Origin: Mytilus edulis
Lineage: Eukaryota
Assembly: GCF_963676685.1 (NCBI RefSeq)
Contig: NC_092351.1
Coordinates: forward strand, 85,064,001 to 85,128,000
DNA length: 64,000 nt
Direction of reading: 5' to 3'
This document shows positions 35,121-50,807 of this stretch, one piece after another. Below the pieces are notes generated by a model. That model ran no database searches, was not told where the DNA came from, and saw only the letters and a list, made by a program, of their open reading frames with translations. A program made the translations under genes and the position numbers. Every line of letters begins with the position of its first letter. Positions within the stretch are counted from its first letter, which is position 1.

Positions 35121-35655
35121 ATATGGGGCAAAATATTTTATACTGTTATGTAGTAAAAAAAAGTCTTTAACAGGATATGACTTCATCCTTAATTGATGTG
35201 TTAATTACGTGTATCTTTTCTCAAGCTATATTGATAAATGATTGTATCATACACGTAAGTACTTGTACCTGTAAGACTAAGACTATGAATGTATTTTATC
35301 GTAAATTTTCATACATACATTAGGTTAGGGGAGGTTTTGGATCCCGCTAACATGTTTGACCGCGCCACTTTCTGTATATATGTGCCTGTCCTAAGTCTTA
35401 ATACGATTAAGATAGAGATAAAGAGAATTACTCACAAGGTTCTCGACTTTAAAAATGCCCATGTTGTAAGGTTAAACTATGTTCTGAAATCTCAACAAGT
35501 TGCATTGTTAACATAATGAAAAAAATGATCAGGACGGCTATTTTTTTTTAATATAGAATAAATTAAGTGATAAATGATAAATCGGACTGTTTACTTTTAA
35601 AACAGTAATTGTATAAATTAACTTGTGTAATATAAATTATCTCTCCGTTCTTCAG

Positions 35656-38600
35656 GTTCAGGAATTGGAAAACTCAAGGAAGCTAGACCAATAAGATGTA
35701 AGTATGTTGATATCTGATATCATGTTTTATTTCCGACCTTGCAAGACCTTAATGGATAGTCAAAATCATGTAAAACTCGACTGGTCGTCATGTGTTAACT
35801 AGTTTGTAGAGAGAGTGCATATTGGTATGTTACATTATATACCCCTATCAAACCCGAATTACTCTTCTATTACGAAAAAACACTCTCTGAATGTATGTTT
35901 GAGTACTCGCTACTAGGTATTTGCCAGTTGCACATTTATACTCAATACAATATGCATATTAAAACCATGTTTTTGTATACATGTAATTCATGAATTTTAC
36001 TTCATTTATACAAAATAAAATTTTCAACTTAGAAACATTCTTTCAAATAGTTTTAACACAGAGAAAGGAGAGTTTCGCAGTATCTATACGTTAACATACC
36101 ATCTAAATAAATGGTTGAAGGGATATACGAACTTCGAATAAAATCTCTAAACAACAACAAAGGTCACATGAATCTTCAAATAAGTTGCATGGCTAATTTT
36201 AACACATATGTTGCGCCTTTTGCAAGTGAAGATGAACAAAGCTGAATGTGTGTAGCTAAATGTTTTCAATAGCAATATGTATTAAACTGAAAAATTGGGT
36301 TTACTGATTAAGATGCAGCAATCGGAAAAATGTATTAACATATATATAGTAAATTTCAAAATGATATCATTTAAATCAAATATAGATAAATTAATCGGTT
36401 AAATATTCACTTAACATCTATCTTTAGTATAGGTATTATGTCCTGCGTCACATCTAGATTGTTTTTCCCTAACAAGGAAGCTGCGGAAGGAGCCACGGTT
36501 TGTTAAGATAAAAACAAGTTAACATGCGTAGATGGAGAAATGAAACTATATTAAAAAAAGCTGCTGACAGATGTATTGTCAGTCATAGTCCAGGCATTGA
36601 AACAAGTACCTTGTGTATAAGTGGTATTTATTGGTATCTCTTATAGGGTATGTAATGAATAATATTATACTAAAATAGTGTCTTTGCGTATAAAAAAATA
36701 AATGTCTGAAAAAAATGGCTCTTAAAATGGTCAATGATATTTATGAAAATCGATTTCGGCTAAAAAAAGAATTAAACTAAACGCTAATTAAATAGTTTTA
36801 AGGTGGTATCCAACACTTTAACTTAAAATAATTTGGCTCGTTTAATTTTTCTTAAATTTTGTCAAAGTATTTTCTCTGACCCTTTAACAAAAATATAAAA
36901 ATTTCAAAAACTTTGAACCAACCGTTTTGTCAGAAAAATGACACTGGTTATATAACAGTTTGACAAACACTAATTTTTATCATTGAGAAGCTTAATATTC
37001 CTTTTACAACACAATGTAATTAAAACGTATAGCCGAATTTACAGAGTTATCTCACTGTAGTGTTAGGTACAACCTTAATGTGTAAAAAATGAAAGAAAAT
37101 TGAAATATATCAAGACAAAGAAAATTAAGTAAACCTTTTTATTTTGTTTGTAGACAACAATTGAATTAAATACTGTAAATAACAATATTTTTGGGATTTT
37201 GTACAAATAATATAGAAACGGAGACAGCAAATTAAAAATAATGGTAACGATTTGATTTTATGTTTAAGACAAATGAAGATAAAAAGTTAGAAAGAAACAG
37301 TAACAATATTTATTTTGGTTTAAGACAAACGGAACAACAACAACAAAATTAACACTAACGACTGTTTTTGGTTTAAGAGAAGCGGAGACAACAATTAAAA
37401 ACATAAATAGAGATAAAGATTTTTTGTTTATTGTAGATAAACGGAGACAACAATAAGTGAAATGACCAGACTGTTCCTAATCTTAGTTGTTGTATGCGTA
37501 GTGGTGCAAACTGTCAGCTCAAACAAAAGTAATAACATTTAATAATCATGACAAAGAAATATATGTACGGTAAAATTCTCATTAACTTTCAATTCTTTTT
37601 TTGAATTTGATAACTATCAAAATAGTGAATGGAAATGGGGAATGTGTTAAAGAGACAATAACCCCACCATTGAGCAGACAACAATCTCGAAGGCCACCAA
37701 AATGTCTTCAATGCAGCGAGAAACTCCCGTACATGGAGGCGTGCTTCAGTTTGGTCCCTATACAAAAATGTATACTAGTTTAGGGAAAATGGTCATCATA
37801 CTAAACTCAAAATATACACAAGAAACAAGTTGCATGGTTAACATAAGAGAAAAAAAATGATCAGGACGGTTAGTTTTTTTTAATTTAGAATAAATTAAGT
37901 GATTAATTATAAATCGGACTGTTTACTTTTAAAACAGTAATTGTATAAATTAACCTGTGTAATATAAATTATCTCTCCGTTATTCAGCTGATGGAATGGG
38001 AAAACGCAAGAAAGCTAGACGAAGTAAGTATGTTTGTCTAATGCTTAGTTAGTTTCTGTGTGTGTTATATTTTATTGTTGTGTCGTTGTTCTCCTCTTAC
38101 ATTTAATGCATTTCCATCGGTTTTAGTTTGTAACCCGGATTTGTTTTTTTTATCGATTTATGAGTTTCGAACAGTGGTACATGTATACTACTGTTGCGTT
38201 TATTGATATCTAATATCATGTTTCATTACTGACTGTGCAAAACCTTCATGGTTAATCAAGGTCGTCATGTGTTTACTAGTTTGTAGAGACTCAGAGAGTG
38301 CATATTGGAATGTTACATTAAATACCCTTATCAAACCTGAATTACTCTTCTATTACTAAATACAACTGTCTGAGTGTATGTTTTAGCTACTAGGTATTTG
38401 CCAGTTCCACATATATACTCAATACAATATGCATATTAATACCACGCTTTTGTATAAATGTATTTCATAAATTTTATATCGTCTTGGTGATAATATTTTT
38501 ACCTTAGAAATATTCTTACAATAAAGTGTTTACCATGTCTATCCACGGTTTGTGGTACCGGATTATCAGTTCACTTCCATATAAATTTCAACATACTGTA

Positions 38601-41600
38601 AACCAACTTATTTTTGCCAGCAATTTTTTTCATCATACTATACTCAAAATATACACAAGAAACTAAAATTAAAAATCATACAAGACAAGACAAACAAAGG
38701 CCAGAGGCTCCTGACCTGAGACAGTCGCCAAAATGCGGCGGGGTTAAACGTGTTTTTTTTTTAGATCTTAACCCCCCCTATACCTCTATCTAATTTAAAA
38801 AAAACAAACACACAACAATACGCATATTCAAACTCAGTTTAAAAGAAGCCCGAGTCTGATGCCAAGTAGGTAACAAAGGAAATAAACAAAATGATAATGA
38901 TACATAAATTAACAATGGACTATAAGAAGTTACTCACATGATTGAAAGATTATGAATTCATCATATAAATATAAACTACAATTACATGTATTTATTTGCT
39001 TCCTTTGTCATATTATTGCATGTTTATATTATCATTTTTTCGTATAATGAATCTATCAAATGCCTCATTTTATGTATTGAATTCCAGATTACTTTATCAA
39101 AAAGCCACCCATAAAAAACACACTTACAAAGAGGACTTTTCTTTTATAAATATTTAAAAAATGTATGACACAACTGTGATGAATGTTTACAGTTTGGTTT
39201 CCTGTATTCGTTGCGTTTGAAGGAAATGGTAAGTCTGTGTATGACGCATGGCGAAGTCAGTCAGAATGCAACCCTCTTCCCACGTCTTTTGCAACAGTCG
39301 GTTCTCAGCGTCATCTCAGAAATAGTGTTGTGGATAACTGGAATAATGCAAATATACGAATGGTATGTCGCAACTTATAATGGTTTATGTCAGAACTATA
39401 ACAATTCGTTCCGAACTAAATTTATTAAGACATCATTTTATTTTATTCATTATTTCAATATATTAACATTCATACGTTCATTTTAAGTTCACAGCAAAAC
39501 AAGAGAAGTCAACACATTTCGTTTTCATGCATATTTTCAGAGAAATATCATTATATACTTTAGAGCCTGCCAACACTGATTTTGAATCTGAAGGCCTCGT
39601 CTTGTTCAAAGACATATTAAAAATTAAGTGTGCATGTTTAATATGTTAAAGAAATATGATTTCTATAATTTACAGGTGAAGGTTGAATTTTTCAAAAACA
39701 ACCAAGTTGTTGCATGGATGACTTTTAATGGTAGAAATACAGATAAGATGAACTGGTTTAGCAAATCAAACCTTGCGCAGAGTGGTTTTAATGATTTAGG
39801 ATCACGCAGTACATTTAACTACTTTTCGATTGCTGGGTAAATGTTTGCTAAGTATAGAATTATTTTGTTTTATTTAATGGAGGCACACAACTTTGTCCAA
39901 TTGCTTTCAGTGTTGAGTACATCGTCAAGCATTCACAGCTCTTTTGTCTTCAGTTTAAATTAAGTAACAGTCATTCCATGTTAAAGCAATAGATTAGGTT
40001 GCATTGTACTTCAAAAAATCTTCATACTTTTAATTTCATATAAGGGCTTATAATCCTTTCTTTCGCCTATATCGTCTGACAAATGCGCTCCGTAATCCTT
40101 GTTTGACGACGACACAAAGTAAGAAGAGACATTATTAAGTGTAAAATTGCCTAAAAGAGGAATAAAAAAGAATGTGTCCATAGTACACGGATGCCCCACT
40201 CGCACTATCATTTTCTATTTTCAGTGGACCGTGAAAATTGGGGTTAAACCTTTAATTTGGAATTAAAATTAGAAAAATCATATCATAGGGAACATGTGTA
40301 CTAAGTTTCAAGTTGATTAGTTTGTTTTTTATAAATTTTTTATTAATGAGCCAGGATTTTTACAAAGAACGTGTCGTCGTTTATCTCACAAATTCCTTGG
40401 AAATTACCACGGCCTTATAAATGAATTGCTAGGGTCTGCTACTCACATAATACAATATGGTATTTAGTTATAGATTCTAGGTGCTGAAGTTGTGTATATT
40501 TTTAATTTAATTAAGTTTTGCAGTTAACTGTATTCGTGCTATTATGTTTCTTTTCTATTGGTCGTAGGCATTTTGTCCGTGATGTATATATGTTTACACA
40601 GTTTTGATTGTTGTCACATTAACTTAGTATGTTTGTTTTGCGCACACAATTTTGTCGATATTTATAAACAACTTCCACAAAAGTGGTAGGTTTATCTAGT
40701 TATAAAACAGGGTTATACCCACTATTTTCGTCGTAAAAATGGTAAAATGTCTGTACCAAGTCGGGGATATTATAGTTGTTTTTCTTTCCTTCCATCAGTT
40801 GATAACTTTCGATTTTGTCCGTTTATATGGACTTATCTGTTTGAATTTACCTTGGAGCTCGGTATTTTTGTTTTAAGTTTTTGTAATTACATGGAAAATG
40901 GATATCCTTATGTCATAGAATGGTTTCAAATACCGTGTGAATGAACGTCATTGTATATTTTGTTTTTATAATCCATCACATTGTAAGTTTCGAAAGTCAA
41001 ACTGTGCGTGAACAACCTATTTCAAGGAACTGTTTTCTGCCTAAAACCACACTATAAAATTGAATAGAATAAACTACACAATCAAACAAAGTTACAAAAA
41101 AATAAACATGAATTAGAAAAGGTCAAATGATAAAGATCTTTTTGAAAGACATTGTCACGATACAGCATTTCATTTGATTGTTGTCTTATATAAATTCATC
41201 AAATCCGTTTAAATGTTTGTCCAACAAATACATTTTTTCAGAGATCATCAACGAAAATTCTATGTAAATCAGAACTACGGAGGATGTGCTAAAGATCAAG
41301 GGTGGATGTATGTCCTTGATCAAGATAGACGCTGTCCATATGAACGCATTGGCTTGATTCCGATGTTCCTTTATACAAAGAACTTCACAGATAGAAACTG
41401 GACCCGTAGTAAGTTCTAATTGAGTCATTTATAATCTTCACATTAAAACACTGTTTGAAAACATTGTTCACTTAGTATAAATTAATATTTATGATTGGGG
41501 ATTTAAACATTATTTGCTTGATCTCTTCGCTAATGATAAGGGTGGTTTACTATTAAAAATATCAAAGGTCTCGAAAAATAAACATGTTTTAAGTGATAAT

Positions 41601-44600
41601 GCATACTTTTTTGAAGGAAGAAGTCATATATTAATCTTTACCAAAGTGCACATTCATTGAACTAATTTGGTGGTTGAACGTTTCTTCCAATATAACTGAC
41701 TACTGTTGGGACAAAATATATCAAAGTTATAGAAAACTTCATCGGCTCTAACTCAAAATATGGCCAATTTTATATTCAGAGGGTGTTAGAATCTTTTACA
41801 GCTTCGGATAAAGCTTATTTTTAACCTTTTTAACCTGGACCAAATCACTACTTTACTTTAAAATTCATGAATCGATTTTTTTCAGTGTAATTTTATCTCC
41901 CTTCTTGCTATTTGAGGCATAAAACGTGAAAAAATTATTTGATAGGGACATAAAAAAAAATGGCAAGTAGCACACTATCTACACTAGGGACTATATTTGT
42001 GGACAACGAAAATCAAGGGGACGATAACTGTGTACTCGGATATAAAATTTTAATCCTGATATTACCAATGTTTTTTCAACTGATCGGGCGGAGCTTACGT
42101 TTTAATTTGCATAAGGACAGTCTATTTGAAGATGTGTGTGATAAGGATGATTGCCGTTATAATTATTATTGATTTTTAATCACCTATCAGTGTCATCAAA
42201 GGAATTTACAAAAAAATGACTGGACACTTCATTGATGAGTTTATCCTAAAACACCTATCTATAGATGGACGTTATAATTATTATTGATTTTTAATCACCT
42301 ATCCGTGTCATCAAAGGAATTTACAAAAAAAATGACTGGACACTTCATTGATGAGTTTATCCTAAAACACCTATCTAGATGGACTGGTGTATTATAAGCG
42401 AAACAGTTAAACCCCGCCCAGTCAAGTGAAATAAATAGAGTTATATCTATGATGAGTTTTATCTGAACTTGCATTTGTATGTGGATACTATCTTGTGTGT
42501 AGATATTGAAGACTTACCATGCATGGTTTGATTTGAACAAATTTGCACTGAGATAAATGTATATTGACAAGTACTTTTAAACACAACACGGATGCAATAT
42601 TCAAATAAGACATCAACTTGTACCGTAAAACTGCATGCATTTGGAGAGGTTAATACATCAACATGCAGACAGTATAATAGAACAGTCAATTTTCTATCTT
42701 ATCATTAATCTGAAGAGGGAATATGATAGGACATAATGATAAAGTAAGTTATCTAGCATTGATTTTGGTGATGGCTGAATACACCATTTAATAAAAATGG
42801 AAAGGTATATTTTCTATAAAAAATAATGTCTTGAACGATGGTTAAAACGAATGGTATACCCTTTGGACAATGTTTAACGCAAATTGTAAGATTAAAACTT
42901 TTCAATCGAGTTCGACGAGCTTAACGTTTTTGTAAGATCTAATTAATAAGTGTTCGAAATCTACCAAACAAAGTATTCATATTTTTATATTGATACCAGT
43001 GTTCTTTATAGAAATATCTCGATTTTTATGACGTGATTGCATTTTTAACAAATATCTAAATGAGAGAAACATGAGTATAAACTGCTATATATAAATAAAA
43101 ACGGTTATATATACAAATAAATTAACAGTGATTGTACGCTTCTAAAAATGAACAAATTTTACATATTTTAATATCAGCCTAACATTATTACATTGCTTAT
43201 GCTTCCCTAACTGGAATTTGAATTCATGCTTATGATATTTCATGGCACATACTAGCCTTGCACTATGCAAGACGCGCTGGACCACTCGACCAACTAGGCT
43301 CTACTGATAAGTCTTATGTAGACGACACGTCCATCAGGCATATTAAATAATTAGCCTGGTTCCTTTGATAACTATTATCTTATATAATAAATATTTAATT
43401 TTGGGCGATTTGCCCCTTCTTAAAATCTAATAATAGGTTTTTAAGATTTTTGTTGGATATAATAATGCACGTTTAAATGCAAAATTCCCATTTCTAAAAC
43501 TGCATTTGCAAAAGCATTTTTTTTAAATAAATGAATTCATAAAATAAAATTATAAAAAGTTCTTGTGTTGTACCAATCGATCTGCCATGGACAATATATG
43601 AGGGGGAGGACAGGGGTAAGGGAGACAGGGAGAAAGGGGGTAGGAGAAAGGACTAAGGAGAGGAAGGCTGGGAGAAAGGAGAAAAAGTTGGAGAAAGGAG
43701 AAAAAATAAAATATCTCTCTTTTTTCGGTAAATTAAAAAAAATAAGGAGAAGAGGGGTAGGAGAAAGGGGAAGAGGGATGGGAGAAGGGAGAAGGGTACC
43801 CCCTGTCCTCCCCCTCATAACTAAGGAAAACGTAAACTAGCAACAACAAAACAACGATGATAAAGTTGCTGAATTTCCCGTTTATTTTCAAGTTATAGAG
43901 ATTGTAAAGGTTGCTGTAACCTTCCTCCGGATAGTTACGAGGGCGAACTGATATAAGAACAGGAAGATATGGGACCAACAAGGATATTGATTGATTGATA
44001 CTTGGCTGCTCTACGTCCAGCAGGACCAAATAATAGGACAGGCTTACAAATAAACGCCTTTCTTTTTCATTTGTTTTTTAAAGAACTAATTAGAAATGTC
44101 TTAATTTACAAAGTATTCGTTAAATGATGTTTGCTATTAATGTTTTTTAATCAGCGTAAAACCTCAACAGGGATAAATGGCATACATATTTTACTCAAGA
44201 CGCACCGTTCGTCTACATAGTAATCTACTAGTGCAACAGAATGAATATAATTGGATTGCAAAGTCAAAAGCATAGTTGAATTGCATTTAAACCAAAACAA
44301 CGAAAACTGTTTCCAAATACAACAAAAGCAATCGATCCCTAAGGATTGAAAACCTTAGTACATTGCTTTTATTAGAATTATGTTATACTTTATAAACAGT
44401 TAATTTACAGAAAATGAAAGTTTCAAAGATAAGTTGTCAACTCCAACGTCCTGGCTTCTGGCATGGCGATTTCATAGTCGACAAAACTTCCACCATCAGT
44501 ATCAACCAAGGGGTTGTAAAAAAACTTACCAAAGCAATCGGCGTATACGTACACTTGCTCTTTGTAGGCACATTCTATTCGTTTTATCAATTAATCTAAA

Positions 44601-44770
44601 ATGGTAATATTATCGGATACTAGGGTAAAGAAATTGGCGAGATTTTAGAACAAACAAAAACATTTTCTAAAGATTCATGCTGCAGTTATTTTAATTTAAT
44701 TTAATGTTTTCTTGTAGACATGGCAGAGCCAGCGGATATGATGGTTATTTCTGTCCTAGCAGAATTATAG
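35656..44770 (+). CDS. Copy 3 of the same gene, 5'-truncated (ORF intact)
   Basis: Exons 35656-35697, 37988-38023, 39193-39362, 39676-39836, 41242-41408, 44718-44770; canonical GT-AG; ends VLAEL*. Confidence 0.75.
42157..42385. repeat. ~114-bp local tandem duplication, unit 3 only
   Basis: GTTATAATTATTATTGATTTTTAATCACCTATC...CCTATCTATAGATGGAC occurs twice; single copy at ~12477-12591 in unit 1. Confidence 0.85.
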
Positions 44771-47700
44771 AGAGTTGGTTAATAAGATCAACGTTTTGCT
44801 TTGAAAGAGTTTGGCAACTGATCTGACATCACACCATATATGGAACGTTATGCTTTTCTTCTATTAGATACCACTAATTCAATTAGTTTTTATTGTAAAC
44901 ATATTTTTATATACCGGTTAAAGTACAGATCTGGATTCTCTTAAGATAAATCTGAATTATGATAGTGTAATCAATTTTCCAATTAAAAACTTTCTATACA
45001 CTATGTGAAATTAGTTTCAATGTATTTAAATGGAACGTATGTGATCAAGCCCATGCAACTTCATTTTGTCTGGTTCCAAAAAATACAAAAACCATGAAGT
45101 CCGAATGAATAATACAAAATCTTAACCAATGAAAAACAGAACAAATCATTGCCATCTGAACAAAAACGATAGCTCACATAAAAAAACCCAGAAAATATGA
45201 AAAAAAAGTGTTATAGATTTCATATTGGGTAAATATGTGAAATGAACTAATTATCAGGTTGTCTGCATACTGATATTATAAAAGATCAGCTGCAAAATAA
45301 ACTGTTATCCTTTTCGCGAGTGAGTGCAGCGAATGCTTTCAAAAAGTCTTCATATGTGCTCAACTGCAATTTTTACAATATCAATATGTAGTCAATCAGA
45401 TTACTGAATTATTGATTCGTATTAGTAAATTTTGCATGATAAAATATGTGTTTTCATTGTTTCAACTGCAAACCGGACGATAACAGGACAAGTTTTGGTC
45501 AATCTTTTTAACGACTGTACATTCCTTATAACGTCGATTGCATGTTCGGGTCAAATGTATGTAGGCCGGCTCAACGTACTACACACAGCAAAGCTGTGAT
45601 AGCCATTTTATTCATAGCTTAGTACATTGGACGATCGACCAAGCTTGATATCAGCCTGAGTTATTAAAATTCAATTCTATAATTATAAAGCTGTTTGGGT
45701 CAAATTTAATTAGGCCGGGTCAACGTACTACACGCCACAAAGCTGTATCAGCTATCTTATACATAGCTTAGTAGTGTGATACAGACATTTGACGATCGAC
45801 CAAGCTTGATATCAGCCTGAGTTATTAAAATTCAATTTAATATAATAAAGCTGTTCGGATCAACTTTATTTAGGCCGGGTAAACGTACTTCACGCCACAA
45901 AGTCGTAATAGCAGTTTCATTCATAGCAGAGTGTGATACGGACATTGGACGATCCATTAAGCTTGATATCAGCCGGAGTCATTAAAAGTCAATTCAATAA
46001 TACACGAGCCTTAAGAAGATTTATTGCTGTTATTTAAAGTTGAAAAGAAATATTATTTATTTGTTGGAGGAGAATTATATTAAAATGAAGAGATGTGTTA
46101 GGACAACTACAAATCAAAGCCCAAATGATGTGTGTATAAGCATCAATAAGTCGACAGTAAGACTTAAACAATGATAAAAAATAACCCTATGTAAGATGAA
46201 ATACAACTTGACATAAGCTTATATTATAGAAATCAAACGAAAACACTAGCGGCAATTTTTATGACCAAACAATACAACAGAATATAACAGACAGCTATTA
46301 ACGAGAAACCCTGAATTACAGGCTCACGAATTAAAGACTGATGTTGAATGTAGCGAGGTAAAATATACTGCGAGAGCTCAGTCTTCCTTCTTACTTGAGA
46401 CCATGGTGTTATAGCAAAACAGTTGAATGTTAAGGGTTAACAGTCAGACATAATACACGTAACTACTTCATGGTTACTCAGGTCACTGAGAGGCACTTAT
46501 AATTATTGATAAATCATGTCCTAACATGTTAAAGAATCAATCAGTACACAAACGAATTATTGAAAAGTATAACCATGTCTTTGATATTTGAAAATCATCA
46601 TTGACCTAACGAATAGTCAATGGAAATTTTGAAATTTCGTATCATATTGCGAGAAGAGCTATTGAATCAATATATTCATCGTATTTCTTATATAGAGATG
46701 ACTTAGCTGTATTTGGCAAAACTGTTAAGAAATTGGTCCTCAATGCTCTTCAACTTCGTATTTTATTTGGCATTTTTAACATATTTTGATTCGAGCATGA
46801 CTGATGAGTCTTTGTAGACGAAACGTGCGTGTGGCGTATATGTGAAGTTTCAATCCTGGTATCTATCGTGAGTTTATTCGAAAAGAAAAGTATAAACCCA
46901 GTGATTTATATTCAAATTGACTAATGACATCTAGCTTTATTGATAATTCCGGAGAACATTGTCAGCCCAGTAAATGTAGTGAGGTCAGTGTTTCGGTACC
47001 TTTCTTTTTTTGTACTTCATATACAATCATATACATGAATGCTTAAGATGGGAAAAATATGTAAAATGCAATTTTAGTGAATTGTTTTATCAAAATGTTA
47101 ATTTTGTGGCCTTCTTGGAATTGTTTTTTTTTTAAAACTTCGCAACTTTATATTTAAAAGTTTGCAAACAAATTAACAACAGCTATAGTAGTGGACAACT
47201 TTACATGAAAAATGTGCATAACTGCACAAAAATTAGAAAGCGTAACCTTCGGCAAAACACCAAAAACCACAACAACGATCTATTTTTTAAAAATCTACAA
47301 CAGGAAAAGATGGAGATTATGATTTACACGTAAAAACACAAATACAGTTTTGGCGTCGATAATTGAATTTTGACAAAAATATAAGTGGTATTCTACCAAA
47401 AGAAAAGAAGTATTTTACGTCACAGTACTGTGACAAATGGAGAACGAAAATGCTCGAAGACAATGCTTTATTGAGGAACCAACAACTACTAATAACGGAC
47501 TAATGAGGAAAGAAACTTACAAAAATACTATTTTTGTTTTATGAGATTTAATGTAATTCTATCGCACTGTATTTATAATTTATGAACAAGACGCAAATAT
47601 TAATAATGAAACAGATGATGTCCGGCAATGGTAAAATTATTAAACTGAAATCAACCTTGAGATAAACCCTTGGAAAAATACCAAAACCACATCTACGATT

Positions 47701-50700
47701 TGTTTTTACAATATATTACAGAAAAATATATATATATTGTGAATTACACTTTCAAACAAATACAGTTTAAGCGTCGTTGCCATACTGTTCTAGTGATAAA
47801 GTGATAAAAAACGAATTAATAAAAAAGTATTACCCTGTCTTTGATATTTAAGATTTATCATTGACCTAACGAATAGCCAATGGAAATTTGGAAATTTGTA
47901 TTAATTTTCGGAGAAGAGGTATTGAATTAACATATTTATCGTATTATGTATTCATACCACACTGTGTTCAATTGTACACAAGGTATAACTAATCTCGTTT
48001 GGATTGTTTTACATTGTCTTATCGGGGCCTTTTATAGCTGATTATACGGTATGGGGTTTGCTCATTGGTCAAGGCCGTATGGTGACCTATGGCTGTTAAT
48101 GTCTGTGTCATTTTGGTCTCTTGCGGACATTTTTCTCATTGGCAATCATACCACATCTCCTTTTTATATAATAATGTGGAAAATAGATAATTGCCACATC
48201 CATAAGAAAAACTATGATATAGAGATGACTTAAAGTCTTATAAAAGGGAAAGTTATTCCTGCTCATTGTAGTATAAATGAACTTATCATAGATACCAGAA
48301 TTGAAATTTCATATTAAAGCCAGACGCACGTTTCATTTACAAAATACTCATCAGTGACGCTCGAATTAAAAAATGTTAAAAAAGCCACATAAAGTACGAT
48401 GTTGAAGAGCATAGAGGAACAAAATTTCATAAATAAACTCAGTGATTTATATTCACATTGACAAATAATATCTAACTTCATTACTTATTCCGGAAAACAT
48501 GGTAAGCCATGTAAATGTAGTGTAGTCAGTGTTTTGGTACTTTTTTTATCAGTTCATATACAAATATATATGTATAAATGAATGCTTAAGATGGGAAAAA
48601 TAAGTGCAATTCTAGTAAATTGTTTTATCGAAATGTTAATTTTGTTTGTGTGACCTTCTCGGAATTGTGATTTTTTTTAACAATTCGCAACTTCATATTT
48701 AGAAGTTAGCCAAAATATTAACAACAGCTACATTTATCTGGACAACTTTACATGAAATATGTTCATAACTGCACGAAAATTAGTAAGCTTAACCTTCGAA
48801 AAAACAGCAAAAAACCACAACTGCGATCATTTTTTTTATTAATCTACAACAGGAAAAGATGGATATTGTGAATTACACGAAAAACACAAATACAGTTTTG
48901 TCGTCGATTATTTTTAAACCAAAAGAAGAGAAATATAAATTATTTCACCGTACTGTGACAAATGGAGAACAAAAACATTTGAAGACAGTGCTTTATTGAG
49001 GGACCAACAACTACTAATAACGGAATAATGGGGATACAAATTTATAAAAATACTATTTTTATTAAATGGAATTTAATGTAATTTTATCGCATTATATGAA
49101 TGTTTGAATTATTAACTAGTTTATGTAATTTCTATATAAAAGCAAATTTTAAAAAGTTTTTTTCTGAAAAATTCCTTTTGACAACAGCTGGATGATTATA
49201 ACTATTTAAATAGATTTACATTTGTTTTGATATTTTCATCAATATCAATGTTAATTCAATTGTTGTATTTTGTTTAATCTCTTTATAATATTAATTGAAA
49301 AATAATGATTCTAAATTACACAAAAACAATCATCATACTTTTTGTATCGGCACATAATTTGTATAACAATGATAGTACGATGACCTTACACGTTGTTTAA
49401 GTTTCTCTGAATTACCTGCCTTATTTGAAAGATCTTAAGTAACATAAAGAGGAAAGGTCAATTTACCGATGTTCCTAACTCGTAAATACAATCTAAATAT
49501 AGAAAAAGAGGAAAAAGTCAAAGAAGGCCCATAAATAGGCCAATTAATTTATTAATTTATAATCGTCTCATCTAAGGATGCTTTTTTTTAGTGATATCGT
49601 CATCGTTGTTATTCGAATCAATGGCTTCTTAATATTCATGCCCTTGAACAAATAATTAGTATTTTTCTCCAGTTAATATATTTTTAAGACAAAACGTCAA
49701 TACAAGGATTTCTCGAAAATGAATAGATGAATATAAAACAGTTAACGATAAAGTCAGGTCAAATTAGTCTGGAATTATAGAAATATTATACAAATGACGG
49801 GAAAAAGCTGACGCACTTTAATCTCATATTTAGCAATTGCATTATTTGGGTCTCAAATTGTAAGAAAATAAATGTAGAATCTGCTAAAATTTAGCTTAAT
49901 GATTGTTTATGAGCTATTTAAAACTTAAATGAAAAAGTGGGTGATATGGGGCAAAATATTTTATTCTGTTATGTAGTAAAAAAAAGAGTCTTTAACAGGA
50001 TATGACTTCATCCTTAATTGATGTGTTAATTACGTGTATCTTTTCTCAAGCTATATTGATAAATGATTGTATCATACACGTAAGTACTTGTACCTGTAAG
50101 ACTAAGACTATGAATGTATTTTATCGTAATTGTCATACATACATTAGATTAGGGGAGGTTTGGGATCCCGCTTACATGTTTGAGTGCGCAACTTTCTGTA
50201 TATATGTGCCTGTCCTAAGTCAGGAGCCTGTATTTCAGTAGTTGTCGTTTGTTGATGTTTAAATATTTGTTTTTCGTTCAATTTCTGTACAGAAATTAGG
50301 CCATTAGTTTTCTCGCTTGATATTAAACTAAAATGGCAAAGTTATTTATGTGTTCGTGTCTTTCATTGTGTAGTTAACAATTAGTTGTTCAAATAATGTA
50401 TAATTACACATTGTCAATTAATAAAAGAAAACATGTAGATAACATGTAACCAAGACAGCAAATCATCGACCTTTTCGAAAACATATCACAGATCGGTTTT
50501 GAACACAAAACCATTGAGAACTAATAAAAATAAATCATCCAAAAACTATAATACGATTAAGATAGAGATAAAGACAATTACTCACAAGGTTCTCGACTTT
50601 AAAAATGCCCATGTTGTAAGGTTAAACTATGTCCTGAAATCTCAACAAGTTGCATTGTTAACATAATGAAAAAAATGATCAGGACGGTTATTTTTTTTTT

Positions 50701-50807
50701 TAATTTAGAATAAATTAAGTGATAAATGATAAATCGGACTGTTTACTTTTAAAACAGTAATTGTATAAATTAACCTGTGTAATATAAATTATTTCTCCGT
50801 TCTTCAG

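Larger units (their letters stand above)
34194..49094 (+). repeat. Segmental tandem duplication unit 3 (~14.9 kb)
   Basis: Colinear with the other units; same junction sequence. Confidence 0.95.
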